A stretch of DNA of 64,000 nt from an uncultured Gemmatimonadales bacterium (GCA_963821525.1 CAWGED010000005.1:224001-288000), one strand, 5' to 3'. Positions 41,382 through 52,417 are shown, counted from the first letter of the stretch. Made by a program: numbers and translations. Notes: generated by a model not told the origin, from the letters alone.

Positions 41382-43859
41382 ATGACACTCGCTAACGACA
41401 TCCGGGTCGCGCTCCGCTCGCTGCGCCGCTCGCCCGGTTTCACGCTCGCAGCCGTAACCACGCTGGCACTCGGTATCGGTGCCAACACCGCGATCTTCAG
41501 CGTAATAGACGGAGTCCTGCTTCGTCCCACGCCGTTTTCGCACATCGATCGACTGGCGATGGTGTGGGAAACCGATCGCAAGAGCGGCACGACGAGGGAA
41601 CCGGCCTCGGTTCCTGACTTCCAGGATTTCCAGCAGCAGAGCAGGCGGTTCAGCGTGCTGGCGGCTTTCGCCGCGCAGGAGGTGAGCCTCACCCCTGAGG
41701 ATGCGGAGCCCTCGCGCCTCGCGGCGCTGGCGGTGAGCCATGAATACCTCGGCCTCACCGGGATCACTCCGATCATCGGTCGCGGGTTCAGCGCCGAGGA
41801 CGATCGTCCCGGCGGACCTCAGGTGGTGTTGATTGGCGAGGCGCTGTGGCAGCAGCTGTATTCCCGGGATCCCCAGGTTGTGGGCCGAACGATCCGGATC
41901 GACGACGCCCAGCAGACCATCATCGGTGTAGTTCCTTCCACCGCTGACTTCGGTACACTCCAGGTTCTGAGCGCGGCGGACTACGGGAAGGGATTCGCGG
42001 CCCGCGGGGGGCAGGTGCGGGTTGACCTCTGGACGCCGCTGCGCCCGGACCCCGAGAGTTATCCGCGCCAAACTCATCCGATCTTTGTCGTGGGGCGCCT
42101 TGCCGGAACGGAGGGCATCGGAGCCGCGCAACAAGAGGTAGGAGGAATCGCGGCCGACCTCGAGAAAAAGTATCCGGAGAACGACGCTCGCGGAGTTTTC
42201 ATCGAGCCACTGGCCCAGGTGGTATTTGGCCCGGTTCGGCCTGCGCTTTTCGTGCTCATGGGCGCCGTCGCTCTCGTGCTTCTCGTCGCCTGCGCCAACG
42301 TGGCCAGCCTGCTGCTGGCCCGAGGGGCGGAACGACTCCGTGAGGTCACGGTACGGACCGCGCTGGGCGCCACGACCCGTCACCTCGTTCGGCAGTTCCT
42401 GGTTGAAAGCCTTCTCCTCACGGGGTGTGGAGCACTGCTGGGTGTGCTCCTCGCGCAAGAAGGACTCGATCTCCTGCTCGCGCTCGCACCGGGAGATATC
42501 CCGCGTGTCGGCACGGTCGGCATCGACGGGAGGGTTCTCGCAGTCACCCTGGGGGTAACGATCTTCATTGCAGTCCTGTTCAGTCTGTTCCCCACTGTGC
42601 AAGCCACCCGGGTCAACCTGCAATCGGCTCTCCAAGGAGAGGCAGGCCGGGCCGCCTCCGCTGGACGTCAGCATCGCCGGTTCCGGGCGGGATTGGTCAT
42701 CGGCGAATTGGCTCTTGCGGTCATGCTGATGGCAGGAGCTGGCGTGCTGATTCGCAGCCTATGGCGCCTGCGCCAGGTTGACCCGGGGTTCAGCTCCGCG
42801 GGCATCCTCAAGGCGGAGTTCCAGCTGCCGCCCAGTCGGTATCCCACCGATTACTCCAAGTGGCCCCGCTGGCCCGCAACCCACGGGTTCAACAACGAAC
42901 TCCAGCGTCGAGTCGCGGCATTGCCGGGCGTCGAAGCCGTGACGATAGCCGGCAATCATCCGCTCGATGCGGGGTTCACCAGTTCCATCAGTGTGGTAGG
43001 ACGAGAGGCCGAAGCCCACGAGTGGCCCGAGCCGACGATCCGCCAGGTCGATGCCGGGTACTTCAAGACTTTGCGGGTTCCACTACTGGCGGGTCGGAGC
43101 ATTGCCCAGACGGACGATGCCGAAGGCGCACCGGTCATAGTGATTAATGAATCCGCCCAGCGTCGCTTCTTCGGATCCCTGCCTCCCCTGGGTCAGCAGA
43201 TCTCCTTGTGGGGAGCGAGGCGAACCGTCATCGGTGTCGTGGGGAACGAACGCTCCCATGGACTGGCCGAAGACTCACCACCCAGCGTCTATCTCCCGCG
43301 GGCGCAAGCGCCCACGAGTGGAGGGAGTCTGCTCGTGCGGACAACGGCCGGCGATCCTGCGGCGCTCGCCCCAGCGATTCGCCGGGTTGTGGCCGACCTC
43401 GATCCCTCGCTGCCCCTCTTCGGGGTAGAGCCCCTCACTCGTACGCTCTCCAATTCGATGGGGCAGCGCCGCTTCACAATGATCGTCCTTGGCGCATTCG
43501 CCGCGGTCGCACTGTTGCTGGCGGTCATCGGTGTGCACGGGGTACTCACCTACACGGTGACGCAACGAACCCGGGAAATCGGAATTCGGATGGCTCTGGG
43601 CGCCGATCGATCGCGGGTGAGGAGCCTAATCCTCAGTCAGGGAGGCACGCTGGTGGCGGGAGGGCTGATCCTTGGGCTGATCGGCGCATTCGCCATCACT
43701 CGACTACTGAGAGCCCTGCTTTACGGAGTGAGCCCGACCGATCCGGGCACGTTCCTGGGTGTTGCGGTCCTCCTGGCGGTGGTCGCTCTGATCGCGAGCT
43801 ATCTCCCGGCGGCCCGCGCGGCGCGGGTGGATCCTGCGGTGTCACTCAGGAGCGAGTGA
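41382..43859 (+). CDS. ABC permease 2 (ADOP-like)
   Basis: Same motifs as permease 1. Confidence 0.93.
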   Translation: MTLANDIRVALRSLRRSPGFTLAAVTTLALGIGANTAIFSVIDGVLLRPTPFSHIDRLAMVWETDRKSGTTREPASVPDFQDFQQQSRRFSVLAAFAAQEVSLTPEDAEPSRLAALAVSHEYLGLTGITPIIGRGFSAEDDRPGGPQVVLIGEALWQQLYSRDPQVVGRTIRIDDAQQTIIGVVPSTADFGTLQVLSAADYGKGFAARGGQVRVDLWTPLRPDPESYPRQTHPIFVVGRLAGTEGIGAAQQEVGGIAADLEKKYPENDARGVFIEPLAQVVFGPVRPALFVLMGAVALVLLVACANVASLLLARGAERLREVTVRTALGATTRHLVRQFLVESLLLTGCGALLGVLLAQEGLDLLLALAPGDIPRVGTVGIDGRVLAVTLGVTIFIAVLFSLFPTVQATRVNLQSALQGEAGRAASAGRQHRRFRAGLVIGELALAVMLMAGAGVLIRSLWRLRQVDPGFSSAGILKAEFQLPPSRYPTDYSKWPRWPATHGFNNELQRRVAALPGVEAVTIAGNHPLDAGFTSSISVVGREAEAHEWPEPTIRQVDAGYFKTLRVPLLAGRSIAQTDDAEGAPVIVINESAQRRFFGSLPPLGQQISLWGARRTVIGVVGNERSHGLAEDSPPSVYLPRAQAPTSGGSLLVRTTAGDPAALAPAIRRVVADLDPSLPLFGVEPLTRTLSNSMGQRRFTMIVLGAFAAVALLLAVIGVHGVLTYTVTQRTREIGIRMALGADRSRVRSLILSQGGTLVAGGLILGLIGAFAITRLLRALLYGVSPTDPGTFLGVAVLLAVVALIASYLPAARAARVDPAVSLRSE

Positions 43860-43937
43860 AGACATTGCTGAGTACCTGGTACCGAGTACCGAGTAATGGT
43901 GCCCTGAGATGTTGACAGCTCACAGCCGGATTGTCGG

Positions 43938-46400
43938 ATGACGCTCGCCAACGACATCAAATACGCGTTCCGTTCCCTGCGCCGGACGCCCGGTTTCACC
44001 ACCGCGGTCGTGCTCACGCTTGCGCTCGGTATCGGGGCAAACACGGCCGTCTTCAGCATCGCCAACGGCATCCTGTGGCGTCCTGTTCCGGGTAAGGAGC
44101 CGGACCGGCTGATGGTGATCGTCGCCAAGAACCGGGCTCAGGGCGGCTTCTTCGACTACTCCTACGCCGACTACGAAGACTTTCGGCGCGACGCGTCGGC
44201 ATTCGAGGACGTGGCGGCGTACTACCCGGCGCCGGTCAGCCTCAACAGCCAGGACCGCAACGACCGGATCTGGGCCGAGCTGGTGAGCCCGAACTACTTC
44301 GGAGTGCTGGGCGTCGAGCCGGTGGAGGGGCGAGGTTTTCTCGCCGAGGACGGACCGAATTCGGGTGCTGCACCTGTCGCTGTTGTGAGCGACCGGTTCA
44401 AGCGCCGCCTCGCGCCTGATGGAACCTCGGTACTTGGCCAGACAGTCCGTCTGAACGGGCAGGCCTTCACGATCGTCGGCGTGGCACCCCGCGAGTTCCG
44501 CGGCGTGTACCACGCTCTGTTCGGCCCGGACGTCTGGCTGCCGGTATCGAGCTTCGACGTGGTTTCACGCGGGGTACCGGGTTCATTGCTGGCTCGCGGG
44601 AGCAACTCTTTCCGTCTCATGGGGCGCCTGCGTCCCGGCGTCACCTACGACCAAGGCGGCTCCGCTGTCGCCGCGATCGGTCGCCGCCTCGAACGCGATT
44701 ACCCGGTTACCAATGCCGGGTTCGATGCCGTCGCCATGCCGGAGCTCAAGGCCCGACCGGAGCCGGATGCCGCTGGAGGCTCGGCCCTGGCCGCGCGCGC
44801 CTTTCTCGTCGTGGTGGGACTGGTCCTGCTGATTGCCTGCGCCAACGTAGCCAATCTGCTTCTTGCGCGTGCCGCATCGCGCCGGAAGGAAATCGCCCTC
44901 CGCCTCGCATTGGGCGCGGGACGTCTCCAACTGCTCCGACAGCTGCTGATCGAGAGCACCGTCCTCGGCCTCCTGGGCGGCGCACTGGGTATGGGTCTCG
45001 CCATCTGGGCGACGGCCGCACTCGGCAACGGATTCCACGCGCCGAGCGACATTCCCTTCCAGGTGGACTTCAGCCCTGACCGTCGGGTCCTCTGGTTCAC
45101 GCTGGCCATCTCACTCCTGACCAGCCTGGTATTCGGACTGGTGCCGGCATTGCAAGCGGCTCGCCCCGAGGTCGTCGGCGCGCTCAAGAATGAACCAGCC
45201 GGGCGTCACGGGTCGAACCGATCTCTCCTGCGCGGCGGGCTGGTGATCACTCAGGTCGCACTCTCCTGCGTCCTGCTGATCGGAACCGGTCTCATGCTCG
45301 AGACGCTGGGGCAGATGAAGCGGCTCGACCCAGGGTTCGATACCAGGAACGGGCTCCTGGTTTCGGTCTCGCCCGCGCTCCTGGGATACGACCAGCGTCA
45401 GGGGGAGAGCTTCTATCGCCGGATGCTGGAAGAGGTTCGCCAGACACCCGGAGTGCAGGGCGCGACGCTGGCTCAGTACGTCCCACTCGAATTCAGTGCC
45501 AGCGGAGGGGGACTCTTCGTCGCGGGACGAGAGGGCGACCAGAAGAGTCAGGGCGGCGATCCGACCTATTGGAGCGTCGTGGAGCCTGGCTATCTCGCCT
45601 TGATGGGGACCCGGCTTCTCGACGGTCGCGACTTCAGCCTGCAGGACGATTCCACCGCACCACGTGTCGCGATCGTCAATCAGGCGCTGGCCCAGCGCTA
45701 CTGGCCCGGCGCCTCGGCGATTGGAAAGACGATCCGGCTCAATGCGGTGAGTGGCCCGCCAATCGAGATCATCGGTGTCGCCGCCGACGGCAAGTACCGG
45801 GGACTCGAGGAGCGCCAGCTTCCGTATCTCTACCTGCCTCTAAGCCAGAACTACACCGGGAACGCGACACTCGTCGTTCGAAGCTCCGGTGATCCCCTGG
45901 CACTGCTGCCGGCGGTACGGGGAGCCATTCATCGTGCCGATCCGGACATGCCGGCCTTCGATACCAAGACGATGCAGCAACTGATCGAGGGCAGGGCACT
46001 ACTGGGCCCGCGCTTCGCTGCGGGGCTGGCTGGCGTGTTTGGGCTGATCGCGCTGGGCCTCGCAATGGTCGGCCTATACGGCCTCATCTCCTACTCGGTC
46101 TCACGGCGGACTCGGGAGATGGGGATCCGCATCGCGCTGGGAGCGCCGCTTCGATCGGTTCGCGGCATGGTAGTGGGTGACGGATTTCGGGTGGCCGGTA
46201 TCGGAGTCGTCCTGGGAACGGTCGTGGCGGCCGCGCTCACTCACATGCTACGGAGCCTCTTCTTCGGCATGAATCCGGGCGATACCCGGCTGCTGGTCTC
46301 CGTGCCATTGGTTCTTATCGCGATCGCGGTGCTGGCCAGCTATCTGCCCGCGCGCCGGGCGACCAAGGTTGATCCGATGGTGGCGCTTCGGGCTGAGTAG
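43938..46400 (+). CDS. ABC permease 3 (ADOP-like)
   Basis: Same motifs as permease 1. Confidence 0.93.
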   Translation: MTLANDIKYAFRSLRRTPGFTTAVVLTLALGIGANTAVFSIANGILWRPVPGKEPDRLMVIVAKNRAQGGFFDYSYADYEDFRRDASAFEDVAAYYPAPVSLNSQDRNDRIWAELVSPNYFGVLGVEPVEGRGFLAEDGPNSGAAPVAVVSDRFKRRLAPDGTSVLGQTVRLNGQAFTIVGVAPREFRGVYHALFGPDVWLPVSSFDVVSRGVPGSLLARGSNSFRLMGRLRPGVTYDQGGSAVAAIGRRLERDYPVTNAGFDAVAMPELKARPEPDAAGGSALAARAFLVVVGLVLLIACANVANLLLARAASRRKEIALRLALGAGRLQLLRQLLIESTVLGLLGGALGMGLAIWATAALGNGFHAPSDIPFQVDFSPDRRVLWFTLAISLLTSLVFGLVPALQAARPEVVGALKNEPAGRHGSNRSLLRGGLVITQVALSCVLLIGTGLMLETLGQMKRLDPGFDTRNGLLVSVSPALLGYDQRQGESFYRRMLEEVRQTPGVQGATLAQYVPLEFSASGGGLFVAGREGDQKSQGGDPTYWSVVEPGYLALMGTRLLDGRDFSLQDDSTAPRVAIVNQALAQRYWPGASAIGKTIRLNAVSGPPIEIIGVAADGKYRGLEERQLPYLYLPLSQNYTGNATLVVRSSGDPLALLPAVRGAIHRADPDMPAFDTKTMQQLIEGRALLGPRFAAGLAGVFGLIALGLAMVGLYGLISYSVSRRTREMGIRIALGAPLRSVRGMVVGDGFRVAGIGVVLGTVVAAALTHMLRSLFFGMNPGDTRLLVSVPLVLIAIAVLASYLPARRATKVDPMVALRAE

Positions 46401-46486
46401 TACCGAGTACCTGGTACCGGGGACGCGTGAACCAGCTAACAGCTAACAGCTGACGGCTGACGGCGCTTCAACTAACGAGGAACCCG

Positions 46487-48913
46487 ATGTTCATGACGGA
46501 CCTGAAACACGCCGCTCGGTCGCTGCGTCGCTCGCCCGGATTCGTGATCGCCGCGGTGGCGACGCTGGCACTCGGGATCGGCGCCAACAGCGCGATTTTC
46601 AGCGTGGTCAACGCCGTCCTGATGCGGCCGTTGCCATATCCCGATCCCGATCGGCTGGTCCTGGTCTGGGAGCGCAATGTTCCGCGACACCAGGAAACCA
46701 ACGTGGTGAATCCGCAGAACTATCTCGACTGGCAGGATCGCGCGAAGAGTTTCTCGGGACTCGCCCTGCTGTCCTGGTCCCAGATCACCTTCACCGGCGA
46801 TTCTCCGGAGATTATCTCGGGCCGCGCGGTCACCCCAAACTTCTTCGATGTAATCGGAATGCCGCTGGCGATGGGCCGCGGATTCACCCAGGCCGAGGGG
46901 TTGCCGGGTAGCCCGTCGGTGATCGTGCTGAGCGATGGTCTCTGGCGACGCCGGTTCGGCGCCGATCCCGGAATCGTCGGCCGTTCGGTTCCGGTCGCCG
47001 GGGGAAGTGCACTGGTCATCGGCGTCGCGCCGGCCGCGCTGGGACCGATGCCGTGGGGCCGGGAACAGTATTGGGAACCCTTCAGGATCGATCCGAGCGA
47101 TCGGATACGCGGTGGCCGCTACGCCCTGGTGGTTGGTCGCCTGGCGCCGGGCGTCAGCCGGGAGCGCGCTCAAGCGGAGATGAGCGGGATCGCCGCCTCG
47201 CTGGAGAAGGAGTATCCCGACTTCGATACCGGGTGGAGCACGAATGTGGTCCAGCTCAAGGACCAGGTCGTTGGCTCCTCTCGCCGGGCGCTGCTGCTCC
47301 TCCTCGGTGCAGTCTCGATGGTCCTGCTGATCGCCTGCGCCAACGTGGGCAACCTGATGCTGAGCCGAGCCACCGGCCGGCAACGCGAGGTGGCCATTCG
47401 CACCGCGCTCGGCGCTTCGCGCTGGCGGCTGATGCGTCAGGCGTTGCTCGAGAGCGTGCTGCTCGCCGCGATCGGCGGCGCCGTGGGACTGTTACTCGCC
47501 GTTTGGGCGGTTGACCTCCTGGTGAGCGCCGGCCCGCGGGACATCCCGCGGCTCAGCGAGATCGGTGTGGACCCCCGGGTGTTCGCCGTTACCGCCGGGA
47601 TCTCGCTTCTGGTGGGAATCCTGTTCGGGCTGCCTGCTGCCCTGGGCGACGTGCATGCCGACCTCGCCTCCGGACTCAAGGGCGAGAGCCCGCGGAGCAC
47701 GGCGACTGTTTCGGCCACCCGTTTCCGGGGCGCGCTCGTCGTGGCCCAGATGGCGCTCGCACTGATTCTCCTCGCCGGCGCCGGTCTCCTGGTTCGCTCG
47801 CTGCAACAACTCGCTTCGGTTGATCCCGGATTTGATCCGGAGAATGTCCTCACCGTCTCCGTGGACCTTCCCGAGGCGACCTACGGAGAGGGAGCCCGGC
47901 AGACGGCGTTCCTCGACCAGCTTCGCGACCGGGTGAGGTCGCTTCCCGGTGTAACCGACGTCGGAGCGGTGAACATGCTGCCGCTCACGTCGGCGGGTTC
48001 TTCGACGACGATCCATCTCATGGGACGACCCGAACCTGCTCAGGGGCAGGAGCCGGTCGCCGACATTCGCTACGCCGATCCGGGCTACTTCACGACCATG
48101 CGCGTTCCGCTCCGGCGGGGCCGCAGCTCCAACACCGCCGACGTGCCGAAGGCGCCCCCGGTCGTGCTGATCAACGAGACCATGGCGCGGCAATTCTGGC
48201 CTAATGAGGACCCCATCGGCCGACGGCTCAAGATCGATATGTGGAAGCCGGACGATGTGGTCGAAATCATCGGCGTGGTTGGGGATCTGCATCCCAACAC
48301 GCTCGATGACGACATCCGCCCGATGATCTACTACCCGCTTTCTCAGGAACCCTCCCGTTCGCTGACTCTCGTCATTCGGCACGCGAGCGGAGTGAACGGA
48401 CTGGCGGGGCAGGTGAGGGCCGCGGTGCGCGAGATCGATCGGGGCGTGCCGCTTACCGACGTCGCCACGATGAATGCCCGGCTCAACCAGTCGATGTCGG
48501 ATCGCCGCTACCCGATGCTGCTCCTGGCCGGCTTCGCCGCGCTGGCGGTGGTCCTCGCGTCGGTCGGGATCTACGGCGTTCTTGCGTACACAGTCGGCCA
48601 GCGCACCCGAGAGATCGGGGTGCGGATGGCTCTGGGTGCCCGACGTGGTGACGTGTTGCGCATGGTCCTCGGTGGTGGCATCCGGCTGACGCTCATCGGT
48701 GTGGTGTTGGGAGCGGTGGGTGCCGCGATCGCCGGGCGAGCACTGGGGAAATTGCTTTACGGCATCACGCCGACCGATCCGGTGACCTTCGCGGCGGTGG
48801 CGCTGTTGCTCACGGCCATCGCCGCGGTCGCGTGCTATCTCCCCGCTCGCCGAGCGACCCGGGTGGACCCTATGGTGGCGTTGAGGGCGGAGTGGGAAAG
48901 GAGAAAGGACTGA
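46487..48913 (+). CDS. ABC permease 4 (ADOP-like)
   Basis: Same motifs; 6-aa extension past LRAE, with the stop inside a heptamer array. Confidence 0.93.
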   Translation: MFMTDLKHAARSLRRSPGFVIAAVATLALGIGANSAIFSVVNAVLMRPLPYPDPDRLVLVWERNVPRHQETNVVNPQNYLDWQDRAKSFSGLALLSWSQITFTGDSPEIISGRAVTPNFFDVIGMPLAMGRGFTQAEGLPGSPSVIVLSDGLWRRRFGADPGIVGRSVPVAGGSALVIGVAPAALGPMPWGREQYWEPFRIDPSDRIRGGRYALVVGRLAPGVSRERAQAEMSGIAASLEKEYPDFDTGWSTNVVQLKDQVVGSSRRALLLLLGAVSMVLLIACANVGNLMLSRATGRQREVAIRTALGASRWRLMRQALLESVLLAAIGGAVGLLLAVWAVDLLVSAGPRDIPRLSEIGVDPRVFAVTAGISLLVGILFGLPAALGDVHADLASGLKGESPRSTATVSATRFRGALVVAQMALALILLAGAGLLVRSLQQLASVDPGFDPENVLTVSVDLPEATYGEGARQTAFLDQLRDRVRSLPGVTDVGAVNMLPLTSAGSSTTIHLMGRPEPAQGQEPVADIRYADPGYFTTMRVPLRRGRSSNTADVPKAPPVVLINETMARQFWPNEDPIGRRLKIDMWKPDDVVEIIGVVGDLHPNTLDDDIRPMIYYPLSQEPSRSLTLVIRHASGVNGLAGQVRAAVREIDRGVPLTDVATMNARLNQSMSDRRYPMLLLAGFAALAVVLASVGIYGVLAYTVGQRTREIGVRMALGARRGDVLRMVLGGGIRLTLIGVVLGAVGAAIAGRALGKLLYGITPTDPVTFAAVALLLTAIAAVACYLPARRATRVDPMVALRAEWERRKD

Positions 48914-48989
48914 GGACTGGGACTGAGATAGTTCCGAGTTCCGAGTTCCGAGCTACGAGCATCAAACTCAGTCCTCAGTCCTCAGTCCA
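48907..48989. repeat. Inverted GGACTGA / TCAGTCC arrays enclosing a GTTCCGA array
   Basis: ggactgaggactgggactgag..gttccgagttccgagttccgag..ctcagtcctcagtcctcagtcc. Confidence 0.85.
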
Positions 48990-49012
48990 CATCACTTTGA
49001 TTGGACCTTCCA

Positions 49013-51547
49013 ATGACGCTTCTGACTGACCTCAAGTACGCCCTTCGTGGGCTGCGCAACAATCCGGGCTTCGCGGCTGTGGCGATCCTGACGCTGGCGC
49101 TGGGGATCGGCGCCAACACCGCGATCTTCAGCGTAGTCAATGCGGTGCTACTGCGCCCGCTGCCCTACTCCGAGCCGGAGAGGTTGGTCCAGGTCTACTC
49201 GGCCGGATTTCAGGAAGGCCGGTTTTCGATGTCGTATCCCGACATCGAACAGCTGCGCGCCATGCCGCAGGTCTTCGGCGAAGTCGCCGGCTACGACACC
49301 CACGAATTCAATTTCACCGGTTCCGGGGATCCTCGCGAAATCGAGGGCGCCTACGCGTCGTCCGAGCTATTTCCGGTCCTGGGCATAAGACCGGAGCTGG
49401 GCCGCACCTTTGGTTCGGAAGATGAGCAGGCTCCGTACGTAGTGATCAGTCATCGCCTCTGGGCCTCGGTGTACGGCCGCGACCCGACGGTGCTCGGGCG
49501 GAGCATCCAACTCGATGGCGCTCCGTTTACCGTGATCGGTGTCATGCCGGCCACCTTCCGGTTCCCGAGCGAGAACATTGACCTCTGGGCCCCGCTGGGC
49601 GGGGCGTTCGCCGCCAGTCCCGAGGCACGGACCGACCGGAACCTCCACCTCTTCAACACCGTCGCACGGCTGCAGCCGGGAGTCACGAAGGAGCGGGTTC
49701 AAGCCGATCTCGCAACCCTGGCCCAGCGGCTCCAAGCACAGGAAGAAACGGCCAATCAGTCTCAGCCTCAACGGCGAGAGATGCGGATCACCGCACGGGG
49801 CGCAGCACCGGCAGGTGGTGCCGGGCCGCGACCCGGTCCCAGCGTGGCGCGGGCAAGAGACGGCGCGGGCCTCGAGATCGCCTTCGATGCGGTGCCGCTG
49901 ACCGACGAAGTCGTAGGTGACATCCGGCCGACGCTGTATGTGCTGTTCGGCACCGTGGCCATGGTGCTGCTCATCGCCTGCGCCAACGCCGCGAACTTGC
50001 TCGTGGCCCGGGCCAATTCCCGGCGCCGGGAGATCGTGATTCGGCAGGCGCTGGGGGCCGATCGCGGCCGCATCGTGCAGCAGATTCTCACCGAGAGCGT
50101 GCTGCTCGCGCTCGCGGCCGGAGTGGTCGGCGTCCTGATGAGTTACTGGGGTCTCGACCTGCTTCTCGCGACCTGGCCCGATTCACTCCCCAGGGTCCAG
50201 GACGTCACGATTGATCGCTCGGTGTTGGCATTCACCTTCCTGGTATCACTCGCGACTGGCATTGGATTCGGCCTGGTGCCTGCTCTTCGTGCCTTCCATC
50301 CGGCCATTGAAGAGGCTCTGCGCGAAGACTCCGGCGGCTTGAGCGGCGGACGCAGCCGGCAGCGGACTCAGCGAGTCATGGTCGCCGCCGAGCTGGCGGT
50401 GGCGCTGGTGCTACTGGTGTCGGCCGGCCTCCTGGTACGCAGCTTCACGCGATTGATGGAGGTGGATCCGGGGTACGACACGCACGACGTGCTCGCGGCC
50501 CGGGTCCGGCTCACTCCCTCCCGCTATCCCGATCGCGCCTCGCACGAGACCTTCTTTCGCAGTCTGAGCGACGATCTCGCCGCTCGTCCCGGGGTGGATG
50601 GTGTCACGATCTCTCGCACCATGCCGCTCACCGGGTCCATGATGATGCTCGCCATCAATCCCCAGCGGATCCGGCCCAACGATCCCGATCCGATTCTCCC
50701 GATCGCGATGCGCCTCGTAGGCTTCGACTATTTCAACACCCTGCGGGTCCCGATTCTCAAGGGACGCCCCTTCGAAGCGACCGACCGGGACGGCGCCACT
50801 CCAGTCGTAGTGATCAACACCCGGCTGGCCAAGCGGCTCTGGCCCGACGAGGATCCGGTAGGGAAGCAGATTCCCATCGGGATGCGGCGGGAAACGGAAA
50901 GGGAAGCGACGGTGGTCGGCGTGATCGGTGACGTACATTATGCCGGTCTCGACGAAGAGACCGGCCCCGAACTGTATCTTCCATTGGCGCAGGCGCCCGA
51001 TTGGGGCGAGCAGATGTGGATCGCCATCCGAGCCGAACGGAATCCGCTGCTCCTCGCGGGCACGGTCCGGGAGGCGGTGCGCCGAGCCGATCCGCAGCAG
51101 CCGGTGGCGGAACTCTTCAGTTTGGATCAGGCGATCGGCCAATCCACTGCCGCTCGCCGGTTCAATATGATGCTGATCTCGCTCTTTGCCGGGCTGGCCG
51201 CTGTGCTCTCGGTGATCGGGGTGTACGGATTGACCTCATATGCCGTCAGCCAGCGCACCAGGGAGCTGGGGATTCGCATTGCCCTCGGCGCCAAGCAGGG
51301 AGATGTCGTGCTACTGGTGATTCGCGAAGGTCTGCGGCTCGCACTGATCGGTGCCGCGATCGGCTTGCCGATAGCATTCGCCGCCTCGAAAGCCATCGGC
51401 TCGATGCTGTTCGAGGTCACGACCAGCGACGCCCTTACCTATGGTGGAACCGCGGCGCTCCTCATCTCGGCGGCGGTCCTGGCGACCTGGGTACCGGCCC
51501 GGCGGGCGGCGCGGGTGGATCCGGTGGTGGCGTTGAAGAGTGAATAA
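49013..51547 (+). CDS. ABC permease 5 (ADOP-like)
   Basis: Same motifs; ATG 49013. Confidence 0.93.
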   Translation: MTLLTDLKYALRGLRNNPGFAAVAILTLALGIGANTAIFSVVNAVLLRPLPYSEPERLVQVYSAGFQEGRFSMSYPDIEQLRAMPQVFGEVAGYDTHEFNFTGSGDPREIEGAYASSELFPVLGIRPELGRTFGSEDEQAPYVVISHRLWASVYGRDPTVLGRSIQLDGAPFTVIGVMPATFRFPSENIDLWAPLGGAFAASPEARTDRNLHLFNTVARLQPGVTKERVQADLATLAQRLQAQEETANQSQPQRREMRITARGAAPAGGAGPRPGPSVARARDGAGLEIAFDAVPLTDEVVGDIRPTLYVLFGTVAMVLLIACANAANLLVARANSRRREIVIRQALGADRGRIVQQILTESVLLALAAGVVGVLMSYWGLDLLLATWPDSLPRVQDVTIDRSVLAFTFLVSLATGIGFGLVPALRAFHPAIEEALREDSGGLSGGRSRQRTQRVMVAAELAVALVLLVSAGLLVRSFTRLMEVDPGYDTHDVLAARVRLTPSRYPDRASHETFFRSLSDDLAARPGVDGVTISRTMPLTGSMMMLAINPQRIRPNDPDPILPIAMRLVGFDYFNTLRVPILKGRPFEATDRDGATPVVVINTRLAKRLWPDEDPVGKQIPIGMRRETEREATVVGVIGDVHYAGLDEETGPELYLPLAQAPDWGEQMWIAIRAERNPLLLAGTVREAVRRADPQQPVAELFSLDQAIGQSTAARRFNMMLISLFAGLAAVLSVIGVYGLTSYAVSQRTRELGIRIALGAKQGDVVLLVIREGLRLALIGAAIGLPIAFAASKAIGSMLFEVTTSDALTYGGTAALLISAAVLATWVPARRAARVDPVVALKSE

Positions 51548-51551
51548 AAAC

Positions 51552-51627
51552 AGTACCTAGTACCTAGTACCGAGTACGCGAGGATCGGGGCGCCAGGCTC
51601 GGTACTCGATACTAGGTACTGGGTACT
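51552..51627. repeat. Inverted 7-nt arrays (AGTACCT / AGGTACT)
   Basis: agtacctagtacctagtaccgagtac...ctcggtactcgatactaggtactgggtact. Confidence 0.85.
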
Positions 51628-51654
51628 TAATCTCCATCTAACTTGAGAGTACGC

Positions 51655-52353
51655 GTGATCCGACTAACCGACCTCGAGAAGTCCTTCGACACCAAGCCGT
51701 CGCCGACCTACGTTCTGCGCCGGATCAATCTGACGATCCAGCCCGGCGAGTTCGTCACCATCATGGGGCCCTCGGGTGCGGGAAAGTCGACGCTGCTCGC
51801 GATTCTTGGGATGCTCGACGGCGAGTACCGGGGGCAATACGAATTCAAGGGACAGCAGGTCCAACCCCTCAAGCCAAAGCAGCGGGCGGAGCTGGCCAAG
51901 CAGTCGGTGGGATTCGTCTTCCAGCAGTATCATTTGCTCGACGATCTCACGGTGGCGGAGAATCTCGATATGCCGCTTTCCTATCGGGACCTCCGGAGCT
52001 CGGAGCGTGCGGCGCTGGTGGCCGATACGCTGGATCGATTTCACATCGTCGGAAAAAAGGACCTCTATCCCCGCCAGCTCTCCGGCGGCCAGCAACAACT
52101 GATCGCGGTGGCCCGGGCAATCATCGCCAAGCCGGCACTGTTGCTTGCCGACGAGCCCACCGGAAATCTCCATTCCGCCCAGGGCCGGGAGATCATGGAA
52201 CTGTTCTGCAAGCTCAACGCGGCGGGTACCACGATTATTCAGGTGACCCACTCTCTGGAGAACGCGCAGTACGGCAGCCGGATCGTGGAGTTGAAAGACG
52301 GCTGGATGGTTGGGGATGCAGCTGTGAGCCGTCAGCCGTCAGCCGTCAGCTGA
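51655..52353 (+). CDS. Second ABC ATPase
   Basis: [31 protein letters not shown]. Confidence 0.93.
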   Translation: MIRLTDLEKSFDTKPSPTYVLRRINLTIQPGEFVTIMGPSGAGKSTLLAILGMLDGEYRGQYEFKGQQVQPLKPKQRAELAKQSVGFVFQQYHLLDDLTVAENLDMPLSYRDLRSSERAALVADTLDRFHIVGKKDLYPRQLSGGQQQLIAVARAIIAKPALLLADEPTGNLHSAQGREIMELFCKLNAAGTTIIQVTHSLENAQYGSRIVELKDGWMVGDAAVSRQPSAVS

Positions 52354-52382
52354 GAGCCGTCAGCCGTCAGCCGTCAGCCGTC
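52320..52382 (+). repeat. Nine in-register heptamers (7 x AGCCGTC plus 2 variants)
   Basis: agctgtg (agccgtc)x3 agctgag (agccgtc)x4. Confidence 0.95.
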
Positions 52383-52417
52383 AAGCCTAAGACAGGCCGG
52401 CTATCTGCTGTCGCCAA

